Part shown: piece by piece, positions 1-8,871 of the stretch
Layout of the letters: the number at the start of each line of letters is the position of its first letter
Position numbering within the stretch: position 1 is the first letter of the stretch
Assembly (NCBI GenBank): GCA_041612255.1
Contig: JBFJJN010000009.1
Location: 33,640 to 97,639 of the forward strand
Direction: 5' to 3'
Length of the DNA stretch: 64,000 nucleotides
From: Methylophilaceae bacterium
GTDB lineage: Bacteria; Pseudomonadota; Gammaproteobacteria; Burkholderiales; Methylophilaceae
Position numbers and translations under genes: made by a program
The notes under the pieces: model-generated
Told to the model about the DNA's origin: nothing
Database searches by the model: none
The model's input: only the letters and a program-made list of their open reading frames with translations

Positions 1-374
1 ATAATAAACACGACAAGACCCACAGCATAATTGCCACCAATTAAGAAGTGACCAAAAGCTTCAATCACTTTACCTGCGGCAGCAGGACCAGTATGACCTT
101 CTGTTAACACCACGCGAGTAGAGGCAACGTTGAGTGATAAACGGAGCATGGTGGTAACTAATAGCACGGTCGGGAATGCAATAAAGTCGAGCGCTCTTTT
201 AGTTTGTAAGCCAATGAGCAAGACTAATATGGATAAAGCAATATTGAAGCTAAAAAAAACATCTAAAGCGATAGCTGGTAATGGCAATATCATCATGGAT
301 AGCAACATGATGATAATGATTGGCCCAGCTAGTGCACGACCATTGGAGCCACTTAGCCATGTGAAGTTATTCAT
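1..374 (-). CDS. flhA: Flagellar export gate protein FlhA, N-terminal part (gene continues beyond the left edge)
   Basis: Not listed in the ORF track. My own minus-strand translation from the ATG at 374-372 gives MNNFTWLSGSNGRALAGPIIIIMLLSMMILPLPAIALDVFFSFNIALSILVLLIGLQTKRALDFIAFPTVLLVTTMLRLSLNVASTRVVLTEGHTGPAAAGKVIEAFGHFLIGGNYAVGLVVFII. This matches the conserved FlhA N-terminus. ATGA start/stop overlap with flhB. Confidence 0.85.
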   Translation of the reverse strand, partial: MNNFTWLSGSNGRALAGPIIIIMLLSMMILPLPAIALDVFFSFNIALSILVLLIGLQTKRALDFIAFPTVLLVTTMLRLSLNVASTRVVLTEGHTGPAAAGKVIEAFGHFLIGGNYAVGLVVFI

Positions 375-1552
375 GATGCAAACGCTTCCGTATTGACAGA
401 GTTAGCAACAGGTAAAAGGCTATATGGATCAAGCTCTTCAGGCACCAAGGTTGATGCTGTTGGTACATCAGGTTGAAGACCGCCATGCTGTTTGAACAGG
501 CGCATTTGAAAAACATAGGCTAATATTTCAGCAACAGCAGAGTAGAGTGCTTCTGGAATTTCACGTTCAAGTTCGGCATGGGCAAATAAAGCACGTGCTA
601 GTTTAGGCGCTTCAAGTGTCATAATTTTATGCTCAGCTGCAATTTCACGAATCTTGAGCGCTAATACATCCGCACCTTTTGCCACTACAACAGGTGCGCG
701 CATACCACTTTCTTTGTATTTAATCGCAACAGCATAATGTGTTGGGTTGGTAATCACCACATCTGCATTAGGAATTTGCGACATCATTCTACGTTTTGAC
801 ATCTCACGTTGTTGTTGACGAATACGTGCTTTAATTTCAGGGTTACCTTCTGATTCTTTCATTTCTTGGCGGACTTCTTCTTTTGTCATTTTTAATTTGT
901 GCGCATATTGGTATAACTGATAAGGCACATCAATTGCCGCAATCAGAATCAATGCACTAACAATCGATAGAAAACCGTTTTGCATCAAATCAGCTACTTG
1001 TGCGATGCCTTCTTTTACTGGCAGTGAAGACAATGCCAAGATAGGATCAATATCATGCGAAATCACGCTGTACGAAACCATGCCTACTAAAAGTGTTTTT
1101 AGAATCGATTTAACCAGTTCCACTGCTGCGTTTTTAGACACTAAATTAGTAATGCCTTTGATTGGGTTTAGGCGATTGAATTTTGGCATAAATGCTTTTC
1201 CACTCATTAACCAACCACCAATCAAAGCAGGAGTTGCAAGTGCAACAATTAATAGTAAAAGTGCTAATGGAATAAAAGCAATTAATAAATCAATCACATT
1301 TTGCGACATGTTAATGAGCAAGTATGCTGGATCAAATGCGGTGGAGCGGTCAAAGGATAGTCCATTGCTGAATGCTTTTTTCAATGCGGTACTCAAATGT
1401 TCGCCCATCATGACCATGCCTAAACCAGCTGCTAATAGTAGCGTAACAGTACCAAGCTCGCGTGAGCGCGGCACATCGCCATCTTCCCGCGCTTTTTCAA
1501 GACGTTTGGAAGTGGCCTGTTCTGTTTTTTCCATATCGCTATCTTCAGCCAT
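371..1552 (-). CDS. flhB: Flagellar export switch protein FlhB
   Basis: 393-aa ORF with an N-terminal membrane domain and the FlhB/YscU autocleavage motif NPTH (VVITNPTHYAVAIKY). Immediately upstream of flhA. Confidence 0.93.
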   Translation of the reverse strand: MAEDSDMEKTEQATSKRLEKAREDGDVPRSRELGTVTLLLAAGLGMVMMGEHLSTALKKAFSNGLSFDRSTAFDPAYLLINMSQNVIDLLIAFIPLALLLLIVALATPALIGGWLMSGKAFMPKFNRLNPIKGITNLVSKNAAVELVKSILKTLLVGMVSYSVISHDIDPILALSSLPVKEGIAQVADLMQNGFLSIVSALILIAAIDVPYQLYQYAHKLKMTKEEVRQEMKESEGNPEIKARIRQQQREMSKRRMMSQIPNADVVITNPTHYAVAIKYKESGMRAPVVVAKGADVLALKIREIAAEHKIMTLEAPKLARALFAHAELEREIPEALYSAVAEILAYVFQMRLFKQHGGLQPDVPTASTLVPEELDPYSLLPVANSVNTEAFAS

Positions 1553-1853
1553 ACCTATTCCTAATCAATAACCCTTCTATTTGCTTTGTAAATTTTTAGT
1601 GTCAATCTTTTGCGCTTATTCAATGACCTGTTTATTGCATGAAGCTTTATTAATTGAACTACATTGAGTTAAAGCCATTATCAGATGGCGAATTGAAAAG
1701 GTATCGTTGGAATAAGAGGGTGAAAGTGCTCTTTTCTATTAACTATGTAGCTGATTAAGTGATTATTTAGGGGTTTTTTAGCATTTATTTAAATTAAATT
1801 AACAATTAAAACAATTACTTATAAATTAATTTAACTTTTTTTAAAGAAAGTCC

Positions 1854-1880
1854 TAAAGTTTTCTAAAGAGACGACGTTAT
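1854..1880 (+). promoter_or_regulatory. Sigma-28 (FliA)-like promoter box, copy A
   Basis: TAAAGTTT-N11-GACGTTAT against the enterobacterial consensus TAAAGTTT-N11-GCCGATAA. Exact -35 and spacing, 5/8 in the -10. Points toward flhDC. Confidence 0.3.
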
Positions 1881-2113
1881 GTATATATCCGTAATTGCAA
1901 AGTAAAAAGGCAACTATTAATTAGAACCAAGATTTAGATCTGTGATTTAAAACTGTGAGTTAGATTAAGCATTGATTGAGGCTTTATTAATTAAACCCAT
2001 TTAATCATGCAGCTGGTGATGTGATTATTGAGGGTTTTAAATATTTATTTAAAATATATTAATAATTAAAACAACAGCTTATCAATTAATTTAACTTTTT
2101 TTAAAAAAAGTCC

Positions 2114-2140
2114 TAAAGTTTTCTAAAGAGGTGACGTTAT
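2114..2140 (+). promoter_or_regulatory. Sigma-28 (FliA)-like promoter box, copy B
   Basis: Identical TAAAGTTT-N11-GACGTTAT element in the second repeat copy, about 300 nt upstream of the flhD ATG. Confidence 0.3.
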
Positions 2141-2266
2141 ATGAATATCGCTTATTACAAAGTAAAAAAGGTAACTATTATTTAGAACCGTGATTTAGTT
2201 TAAAAATTGATAAAAACTTTATTAATTAAAAGCATTTAATTTTTTACCTATATATAGGTATCCGAA

Positions 2267-2326
2267 GCCCTATGTAGGTGTTTGTAAGACAAACACCTAC
2301 ATAGGGCTGTCTGCGCGTCTTACAAA
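2267..2326 (+). promoter_or_regulatory. flhDC leader structure: perfect 18-bp hairpin plus a mutually exclusive 10-nt alternative pairing
   Basis: gccctatgtaggtgtttg (2267-2284) pairs with caaacacctacatagggc (2290-2307) across a 5-nt loop. tttgtaagac (2281-2290) is the exact reverse complement of gtcttacaaa (2317-2326). No U-run follows, so it is not a classical terminator. Confidence 0.45.
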
Positions 2327-2436
2327 AAAAACCGACAAACCCCAATGGCTCTTTCGTGATGATAGGTTCAAAGTACAACTCATGCGGCAAACAAAACGTT
2401 TAAAGCAGTTTAATTTAAGAATTTGGGAGAATTAAA

Positions 2437-2742
2437 ATGAGTGAAGCTGAAATGATGTCAGAAATTAAAGATGCTAATCTGAACTACTTAATGTTAGCAC
2501 AACAAATGATTCGTGCTGATAAAGTAACTGCAATTTTTCGCTTAGGTATTAGCGCAGATATTGCAGATTTGCTTGAAGGCCTAAGCAATTTTCAAATCCT
2601 TAAATTAAGCAGTAGCAATATGTTGCTAGCTCGCTTCCGTTTTGAAGATAGCGCAATTCTAAGTATGTTAACGGATTACACTAAAGATCGTTCACTTGCC
2701 AATGCGCATTCTGCGATTTTATTATCAGGACAACCTGCGTAA
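2437..2742 (+). CDS. flhD: Flagellar master regulator subunit FlhD
   Basis: 101 aa. DANLNYLMLAQQMIRADKVTAIFRLGIS...LLARFRF aligns with E. coli FlhD (INLSYLLLAQRLI..MFRLGI...CHFRF). GGGAGA RBS upstream. Confidence 0.9.
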   Translation: MSEAEMMSEIKDANLNYLMLAQQMIRADKVTAIFRLGISADIADLLEGLSNFQILKLSSSNMLLARFRFEDSAILSMLTDYTKDRSLANAHSAILLSGQPA

Positions 2743-2777
2743 TTCAATATTGATGTAAAACTTGATTGGAGAGAATC

Positions 2778-3347
2778 ATGAAACAGGCGAACGTAAAGAA
2801 AAGTGTAGTAAGTGAAGGTGAGCAAATTCAATTGGCCACCGAAATGATTAACTTAGGTGCGAGATTGCAATTATTAGAAGCGCAAACGACTTTATCGCGC
2901 GAGCGTTTGATTAAGCTTTATAAAGAATTAAAAGGTGCTTCACCACCTAAAGGTATGTTGCCATTCTCTACCGATTGGTTCTTAACTTGGCAGCCAAATA
3001 TTCACTCTTCAATCTTTTTGAATATTTATGATTACTTATTAAAATATGCTGGTGCTAGTGATATCACTGCAATTTTAAAAGCATACAGCTTATATTTACA
3101 GCAAGTTGGGCATGATTCCGAAGAAGAACCAGTACTTTCTTTAACACGTGCTTGGACATTGATTCGCTATGTTGATAGCAAAATGCTGAAACTTAAAAGC
3201 TGCAGCTGTTGCGAAGGTAAGTTTGTCGTGAATGCTTATGACTTAAATAATAATTATTTATGTAATTTATGCCATATTCCTTCACGTGCAGGCAAAACGA
3301 AAAAAGCAAAAGAACTTCAATACAAATTGGTCAGTGCGGCTGCGTAA
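2778..3347 (+). CDS. flhC: Flagellar master regulator subunit FlhC
   Basis: IQLATEMINLGARLQLLEAQTTLSRERLIKLYKELKGASPPKGMLPFSTDWF and the C-terminal zinc cysteines (CSCC...CNLC) match E. coli FlhC. The track ORF opens at TTG 2766. The ATG at 2778 follows a GGAGAG RBS and is preferred. Confidence 0.92.
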   Translation: MKQANVKKSVVSEGEQIQLATEMINLGARLQLLEAQTTLSRERLIKLYKELKGASPPKGMLPFSTDWFLTWQPNIHSSIFLNIYDYLLKYAGASDITAILKAYSLYLQQVGHDSEEEPVLSLTRAWTLIRYVDSKMLKLKSCSCCEGKFVVNAYDLNNNYLCNLCHIPSRAGKTKKAKELQYKLVSAAA

Positions 3348-3376
3348 TATAAAAGTATTGAAAGCATTGATTAGCC

Positions 3377-4162
3377 ATGCTGCAGTCTCATCAGTTTGAA
3401 GTAAAAAAAGTTAAGTTAGCGCCAGCAACATTGGCGATAGTGATACAAGTGGTTGCATTAATTGCTGTATTGCTCAGTGTAATAATCGTTAGTCATGTTT
3501 CAACGGTCAGATTCTCTCTCTGGACATTGGTGTTGTTGCAGTCACTCATTGCAACAGCACTCTGTCAATTTGCCGGTATGGCAATCTGGTGGCGCTGGAT
3601 TCACGCTATTTTCCCCTTCGCAATCTATGGCATGTCATTTTGGACAGTGCCAAATGAAGTTTATTTAATTGGCTTTTTAATTAGTCTCAGTGTGTTTTGG
3701 ACGACTTTTCGAAGCCAAGTTCCTTTTTTTCCTTCTCGTCCAATTGTTTGGCAAAAAGTTGCCGAGCTGATTCCACCAAACCAATCCATTCGTATGATTG
3801 ATGTTGGCAGTGGCTTAGGCGATTTATCTATGCATATAGCTAAAGCCAATACCCATAGCAAAATAGAAGGCATTGAAATTGCGCCTTTACCTTGGTTAGT
3901 CAGTGTGGTTCGTGCCTGGTGGCGACGGTCCTCTGCCCATTTTCATTTGGGTAATTATCATGAGTTAGACTTTGCACAATATGATCTTGTTTTTGCTTAT
4001 TTATCCCCAGCAGCAATGTCCGCCTTATGGCAAAAAGCACAGCAAGAAATGCAAAGTGGTAGCTTATTAGTTAGCTATGAGTTTGAAATTGAAGATGTTC
4101 CACCAACTTTTACCATTGACAATGGATCGCGCGCACCGACCATTTATGTTTGGAAAATGTAA
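3377..4162 (+). CDS. Membrane-anchored class I SAM-dependent methyltransferase (hypothetical)
   Basis: 261 aa. The N-terminal ~115 aa is hydrophobic with 3-4 predicted TM helices. The C-terminal part has the methyltransferase motif I MIDVGSGLGDL followed by IEGIEI and LVFAYL strands. Sits 30 nt after flhC and before motA. Confidence 0.6.
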   Translation: MLQSHQFEVKKVKLAPATLAIVIQVVALIAVLLSVIIVSHVSTVRFSLWTLVLLQSLIATALCQFAGMAIWWRWIHAIFPFAIYGMSFWTVPNEVYLIGFLISLSVFWTTFRSQVPFFPSRPIVWQKVAELIPPNQSIRMIDVGSGLGDLSMHIAKANTHSKIEGIEIAPLPWLVSVVRAWWRRSSAHFHLGNYHELDFAQYDLVFAYLSPAAMSALWQKAQQEMQSGSLLVSYEFEIEDVPPTFTIDNGSRAPTIYVWKM

Positions 4163-4335
4163 CCGTTAATTCCTCTTATTTCTTACCTCTAAACTGCGGT
4201 GTTTGCATAACAAATAGAGCGTAAAGATTGAGGAAAATCCCTTTATTCGAGCAATTGATTGTGCGTCAATGTTGTTATTCTAGCGACATATCTAATTGAA
4301 CATGAAAGTTAGACTTTCAATTAAGGCGTTTAAAT

Positions 4336-5196
4336 ATGTTTGTCATTATCGGATACATCGTTGTTTGCGGCACCATTTTTGGTGGTTATGCAATGGCAGG
4401 TGGGCATTTGGGTGGGCTGTGGCAGCCATTAGAAGTGTTGATGATTTTTGGTGGTGCAATTGGTGCTTTTATCGTCGGCAATGATGCCAAAGCACTCAAG
4501 GCAACCGTCAAGTCATTGCCCACTTTGTTTAAAGGTTCAAAGTACAATAAAGCCTTATATTTGGATTTACTCTCTTTGATGTATGAGATTTTAACCAAAA
4601 TCCGCAAAGATGGCATGATGTCCATCGAAAATGACATCGAGAATCCAGAGTCGAGTCCTTTATTTAGTAAGTATCCAAAAATTCTACACGACCATCATGT
4701 TGCTGATTTTATTTGTGACTATTTGCGCTTGATGGTGTCGGGTAATATGGATGCTTTTCAAGTAGAAAATCTAATGGACAACGAGCTTGAAACGCACCAC
4801 ATGGAAGGCCATGTACCAGCGCATTGTATTGCAAAATTAGGCGATGGATTACCTGCTTTCGGTATCGTGGCTGCGGTGATGGGCGTGGTGCACACGATGG
4901 AGAACGTGGCCTTGCCACCTGCTGAACTCGGTATTTTGATTGCACATGCGTTAGTCGGTACTTTCTTAGGTATTTTACTGGCTTATGGTTTTGTTGGTCC
5001 TTTGTCTGGTTTATTGGAGCAAAAGCTAGAAGAAAGCTCCAAAATGTTACAAACAGTCAAAGTCACGTTGCTCGCTAGCTTAAATGGCTATGCGCCAGCG
5101 ATTGCAGTTGAATTCGGACGTAAAGTTTTATACTCAACTGAAAGACCCGGCTTTAGTGAGTTAGAAGAGCATGTTAAACAAGCTAAAAATAAATAG
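4336..5196 (+). CDS. motA: Flagellar stator protein MotA
   Basis: 286 aa. MFVIIGYIVVCGTIFGGYAMAGGHLGGLWQPLEVLMIFGGAIGAFIVGN is close to the E. coli MotA N-terminus. C-terminal TM3/TM4 block present. Confidence 0.93.
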   Translation: MFVIIGYIVVCGTIFGGYAMAGGHLGGLWQPLEVLMIFGGAIGAFIVGNDAKALKATVKSLPTLFKGSKYNKALYLDLLSLMYEILTKIRKDGMMSIENDIENPESSPLFSKYPKILHDHHVADFICDYLRLMVSGNMDAFQVENLMDNELETHHMEGHVPAHCIAKLGDGLPAFGIVAAVMGVVHTMENVALPPAELGILIAHALVGTFLGILLAYGFVGPLSGLLEQKLEESSKMLQTVKVTLLASLNGYAPAIAVEFGRKVLYSTERPGFSELEEHVKQAKNK

Positions 5197-5237
5197 ATTG
5201 CACATGATTAATTTTAATAGGCATCACGGAGCACATT

Positions 5238-6200
5238 ATGGCTGAACAGCCAGTCAGACCGATTATTGTTAAAAAGATTAAGAAGGTCAGTGGTGGTCAT
5301 CACGGTGGTGCATGGAAGATTGCCTATGCGGACTTTGTGACGGCGATGATGGCGTTTTTCTTATTAATGTGGTTGCTTGGATCGGCCTCAAAAGGACAGT
5401 TGGAAGGGATTGAATCATACTTTAAAACACCTTTAAAAGTAGCGATATTAGGCGGCCCTAGTGTTGGCGCCAGTGATTCTTTACTTAAAGGCGGTGGTAA
5501 AGATTTGACTAAAAAGCAGCTGCAAGTTAAACCAAAAGATGGTTCGAAAGAGAAAGAAAAATCACCTGATTTGAAAGAAGCACAGAAAGCATTAGAAGCG
5601 CAGGAAAAACAGAAGCTTGAAAATCTAAAAGCTAAAATTGAAAGCACAATTGATAGTAGTGCGACCTTGAAGCAGTTTAAAAAACAGCTTTTATTGGATA
5701 TTACTTCTGAAGGCTTGCGCATCATTATTGTTGATGAGCAAAATCGGCCCATGTTTAATTCTGCAAGAGCAGAATTGCAACCCTATGCAAAAAAAATCTT
5801 ACAAGAAATGGGTAAAATGTTAAATGATGTGCCAAATCGGATTGGCTTATCTGGACATACCGATGCAACGCCTTTTAGTACAGGTGAATCTGCTTATAGC
5901 AATTGGGAGCTTTCTGCAGATAGAGCGAACGCTTCTCGCCGTGAATTAATTGCGGGCGGTATGGATGAATTTAAGCTATTACGTGTGGTTGGACTTTCCT
6001 CATCGGCTTTATACGATAAAGAAAATCCTTTTAATCCAATCAATCGTCGTATCAGTATTATTGTGATGAACAAAAAAGCGGAAGAGCGTGTGATTGAGGA
6101 TGAATCTATGATTCCTGTATCGAATAAACAAGATGCAGCAAGTGTCATCGATGGGGTCAATGCCACAACAGCCACTGCGGAAGAGGCTGATCCATCTTAA
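5238..6200 (+). CDS. motB: Flagellar stator protein MotB (OmpA-like peptidoglycan anchor)
   Basis: 320 aa. WKIAYADFVTAMMAFFLLMWLL carries the conserved channel Asp. The C-terminus is OmpA-like (LSGHTD...NWELSADRANASRREL). Unusually long Lys/Glu-rich linker. Confidence 0.9.
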   Translation: MAEQPVRPIIVKKIKKVSGGHHGGAWKIAYADFVTAMMAFFLLMWLLGSASKGQLEGIESYFKTPLKVAILGGPSVGASDSLLKGGGKDLTKKQLQVKPKDGSKEKEKSPDLKEAQKALEAQEKQKLENLKAKIESTIDSSATLKQFKKQLLLDITSEGLRIIIVDEQNRPMFNSARAELQPYAKKILQEMGKMLNDVPNRIGLSGHTDATPFSTGESAYSNWELSADRANASRRELIAGGMDEFKLLRVVGLSSSALYDKENPFNPINRRISIIVMNKKAEERVIEDESMIPVSNKQDAASVIDGVNATTATAEEADPS

Positions 6201-6300
6201 TGATAATGCAATAAATCAATCCTTACGCAATCATTGTTTTATCAATCACAAGACTAAATTAGTCTCGATATTAGCTTCAACTATTTTTATCCGATGTCGA

Positions 6301-8784
6301 CTAAGAACATACAGAACGTACTTGCGCAATATCGGTCTTGCCTTGTAATACTTTCGCAATACCATCCTGTTTCAATGTCACCATGCCATTTGATAATGCT
6401 TCCCGCACTAACTCAGGTACTGGCGCACGCTTCTGAATTAAATGTCTCAAGTTAGGTGAAATTGTCATCAACTCATATAAACCAATGCGGCCACTGTAAC
6501 CAGTATCGTTGCAAGATTTACAGCCTTTAGCTCGGTAGATAACAATCTTTTTGTTTTGAGCATATTGTGCGTGCCAATCCGCTAGCACAGTCTGCGCATC
6601 AATATCTGTATTCAACACGTATTCATCAGCTAATGATTGAAGTTCATCTTGTTTTGCCTCATCCGCTTCTTTACAATGCGGACATAGTGATCGTGCCAAA
6701 CGCTGTGCCAAAATACCCAATAATGCATCAGCAAAGTTAAACGGATCCATACCCATATCGAGCATCCTGACAATACTTTCTGGCGCACTATTGGTATGCA
6801 ACGTTGATAATACAAGGTGGCCTGTTAATGAAGCTTCAATCCCCGTTTTGGTCGTCTCTTCATCACGCATCTCACCAACCATAATCACATCTGGATCGGC
6901 ACGTAAAAAGCTGCGCATCGCACTGGCAAATGTCCAGCCAATTTTTGGATTGACTTGCACTTGTCTTAAGCCCGCTTGGGTAATTTCAATCGGATCTTCT
7001 GCCGTCCAAATTTTACGCTCGGGCGTATTGATATGACCGAGCAAGGAATGTAATGTTGTGGTTTTACCTGAGCCTGTAGGACCGCAAGTCAAGATTAAAC
7101 CGTATGGCTTGTTCACCATGCTTTCTAAAGAAGCAAGCGCCTTATCGCCTAATCCAAGATTCTGCAACGGTATTGGTTTGCTAGAAGAAAGCACGCGCAT
7201 CACAATATCTTCCATCCCGTTGGAGGTTGGAATCGTGGCTACGCGTAACTCTACTTTGTGAGGACCAAATTGTTTAAAGTCTAATTTGCCATCTTGTGGT
7301 TTTCGACGTTCAGAAATATCAAGCTGACACATAATCTTAATGCGAGAAATCAGCGCACTACAAAAGTTGGCTGGAATTTTAAGATAAGGCATCAGCACGC
7401 CATCTTTACGGAAACGCACCACGGTATTCTTTTTGCCAGGATACGTTTCAATATGGATATCCGATACTTTGCCTTTCACCGCATCCATTATCATTTTATT
7501 CACCAGTTGTACCAATGTGCTATCTGACTCCGCAATTGGCTCATCTTCGGTATCGGCAGCACTGGTTTTATCTTCTTCAAACAACCTGTTTGCTAAATCA
7601 TCGCCAGAGCTTTGCATCAGATTAAAATCAAGCGAGTCATCTTCATTGCCATTTGACGAACTGAGATCATCTCTATCCCAACTCATTGAAGGTGAGTAAA
7701 ACTCATCCATCGCGCGATGAATATCTTCACTGGATGCCATTGCTGGCAATACATTCATTTGCGTCACAAAGCGCACTTCATCAATGGCTTTGATATTCAA
7801 AGGGTCTTCAAAGGCAACCACTAACATCCCATCATGAATACAAAGTGGTATCAAGGTATATTTTCTAACGAGTGTCGCATCAATCAGTCTGATCGCGTTG
7901 GGATCGAAGTTGAATTGAGCTAAGCTTACGTAAGGGAAGCCCAGTTTTTTCGCTAACGTGCCTTTTAAAGTGCGCTCGTCGACAATACCCATTTCAACAA
8001 GGATTTCTCCTAAGCGAACACCACGATTCTCTTTTTGTTTGTTGAGGGCTGTTTCTAGCTGCTGGTCTGTCAGTAAGTCTAATTGTTTTAGTGCTTCGCC
8101 TAACTTTAATACAGGCAGGCTTTTTTGTAACGTAATTGCTTGATGTAATTGTTCTGTTGAAATGATTTTATTCTCATTCAAATAATCACCAATGCGTTGT
8201 GCCTTTAATGCTTTTTGGTGAATAACTGCGGCGTCAATATCATCTGTAGAGACAAGGTTATCCTCAACCAACAAGTCGCCAATTTGTGAACCAATTTGAT
8301 GCTGTTGGATAGATTGGCTAGGAATGAAATGTTTTTCTACTTTGTTATCATTTAACAAATGAAAAAGGTACAAACCAGATGCGTTATTCACATAGCTAAT
8401 GGTTTCACCATTGACGGTTGTTCCATCGGTAAAATTGATTTGATAACTTTGCTTCTCAGAGGCTGGAAATACTTCTACTGCACGCGTTTCTAAAAAGCTT
8501 GGTGAAGGTACTAATGCCGTTTTCCAAAGTAATTGCAAACTTCTAATTTGGTTGAATTCAATCATTTGCTGCGCATCGCTACCCAAGCGTTGGAATAGAA
8601 CTTTGGATTGTTCAGGCGAAAATCGAATAAGTAGGCCCACTAATGGCGATTTTTGACCTAACATTTCAATAATACAACTTTCAGGGAATGGCTTCTTATC
8701 ATCCTTGACGAAATTGTAATAAGGCGGCTTAGGCCACTCGAAAGTGCTGATTTCACTCATTTTATTTAAATCCAGATTGCCCAT
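6301..8784 (-). CDS. GspE/PilB/MshE-family secretion ATPase with an extended N-terminus (orphan)
   Basis: 827 aa. Walker A GPTGSGKTTT, Asp/His boxes and a tetracysteine zinc motif (CPHC...CKSCNDTGYSGR). A T2SSE_N-like domain spans aa 281-362. Four MshEN-like 24-aa motifs lie at aa 167, 197, 227 and 257. Residues 1-166 are unassigned. No platform, pilin or secretin genes nearby. Confidence 0.85.
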   Translation of the reverse strand: MGNLDLNKMSEISTFEWPKPPYYNFVKDDKKPFPESCIIEMLGQKSPLVGLLIRFSPEQSKVLFQRLGSDAQQMIEFNQIRSLQLLWKTALVPSPSFLETRAVEVFPASEKQSYQINFTDGTTVNGETISYVNNASGLYLFHLLNDNKVEKHFIPSQSIQQHQIGSQIGDLLVEDNLVSTDDIDAAVIHQKALKAQRIGDYLNENKIISTEQLHQAITLQKSLPVLKLGEALKQLDLLTDQQLETALNKQKENRGVRLGEILVEMGIVDERTLKGTLAKKLGFPYVSLAQFNFDPNAIRLIDATLVRKYTLIPLCIHDGMLVVAFEDPLNIKAIDEVRFVTQMNVLPAMASSEDIHRAMDEFYSPSMSWDRDDLSSSNGNEDDSLDFNLMQSSGDDLANRLFEEDKTSAADTEDEPIAESDSTLVQLVNKMIMDAVKGKVSDIHIETYPGKKNTVVRFRKDGVLMPYLKIPANFCSALISRIKIMCQLDISERRKPQDGKLDFKQFGPHKVELRVATIPTSNGMEDIVMRVLSSSKPIPLQNLGLGDKALASLESMVNKPYGLILTCGPTGSGKTTTLHSLLGHINTPERKIWTAEDPIEITQAGLRQVQVNPKIGWTFASAMRSFLRADPDVIMVGEMRDEETTKTGIEASLTGHLVLSTLHTNSAPESIVRMLDMGMDPFNFADALLGILAQRLARSLCPHCKEADEAKQDELQSLADEYVLNTDIDAQTVLADWHAQYAQNKKIVIYRAKGCKSCNDTGYSGRIGLYELMTISPNLRHLIQKRAPVPELVREALSNGMVTLKQDGIAKVLQGKTDIAQVRSVCS

Positions 8785-8871
8785 TGTTGTCCTAAATATT
8801 CATCTTATGTCGTTTATAATCAGTTGGTTATTAGGTATAAACGTCATGTTTTAACGATTGGTATATACTAG

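Larger units (their letters stand above)
1751..2245. repeat. Tandem duplication, two copies of ~260/235 bp, in the flhB/flhDC intergenic region
   Basis: Copy A (~1751-2011) and copy B (~2012-2245) align by eye over their whole length. A 55-nt core (1826-1880 vs 2086-2140: ttaatttaactttttttaaaRaaagtcctaaagttttctaaagagNNgacgttat) differs at 3 positions. The offset between cores is 260 bp. Confidence 0.8.

Noticed and set aside
130-396. 88-aa plus-strand ORF from the track
   Set aside because: It lies entirely antisense to the clearly recognisable FlhA N-terminus. Its composition is the mirror image of a membrane-protein gene, and it has no RBS.
1005-1571. 188-aa plus-strand ORF
   Set aside because: Antisense to flhB. 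The same reasoning applies to most other internal antisense ORFs in the track, for example 3661..3873, 5324..5752, 6791..8143, 12364..13142, 14842..15687, 25052..25881, 32571..35126, 40084..42645, 54279..54967 and 60933..61244.
4163-4335. Separate sigma-28 promoter for motAB
   Set aside because: I searched for TAAAGTTT-N11-GCCGATAA-like elements. Only partial -35-like words (TAAAGATT, TAAACTGC) occur, with no acceptable -10 at the right spacing. motAB is more likely transcribed with the upstream genes or from a promoter I cannot recognise.
4296-4484. 62-aa ORF overlapping the motA start
   Set aside because: It is in a different frame from the strongly supported motA. It is Cys/Trp/Arg-rich with no homology pattern.
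8287-8784. PilZ/YcgR-like domain in the N-terminus of the orphan ATPase
   Set aside because: It is tempting given the proximity to motAB, but the RxxxR and [DN]xSxxG PilZ signatures are not present. The domain is left unassigned.
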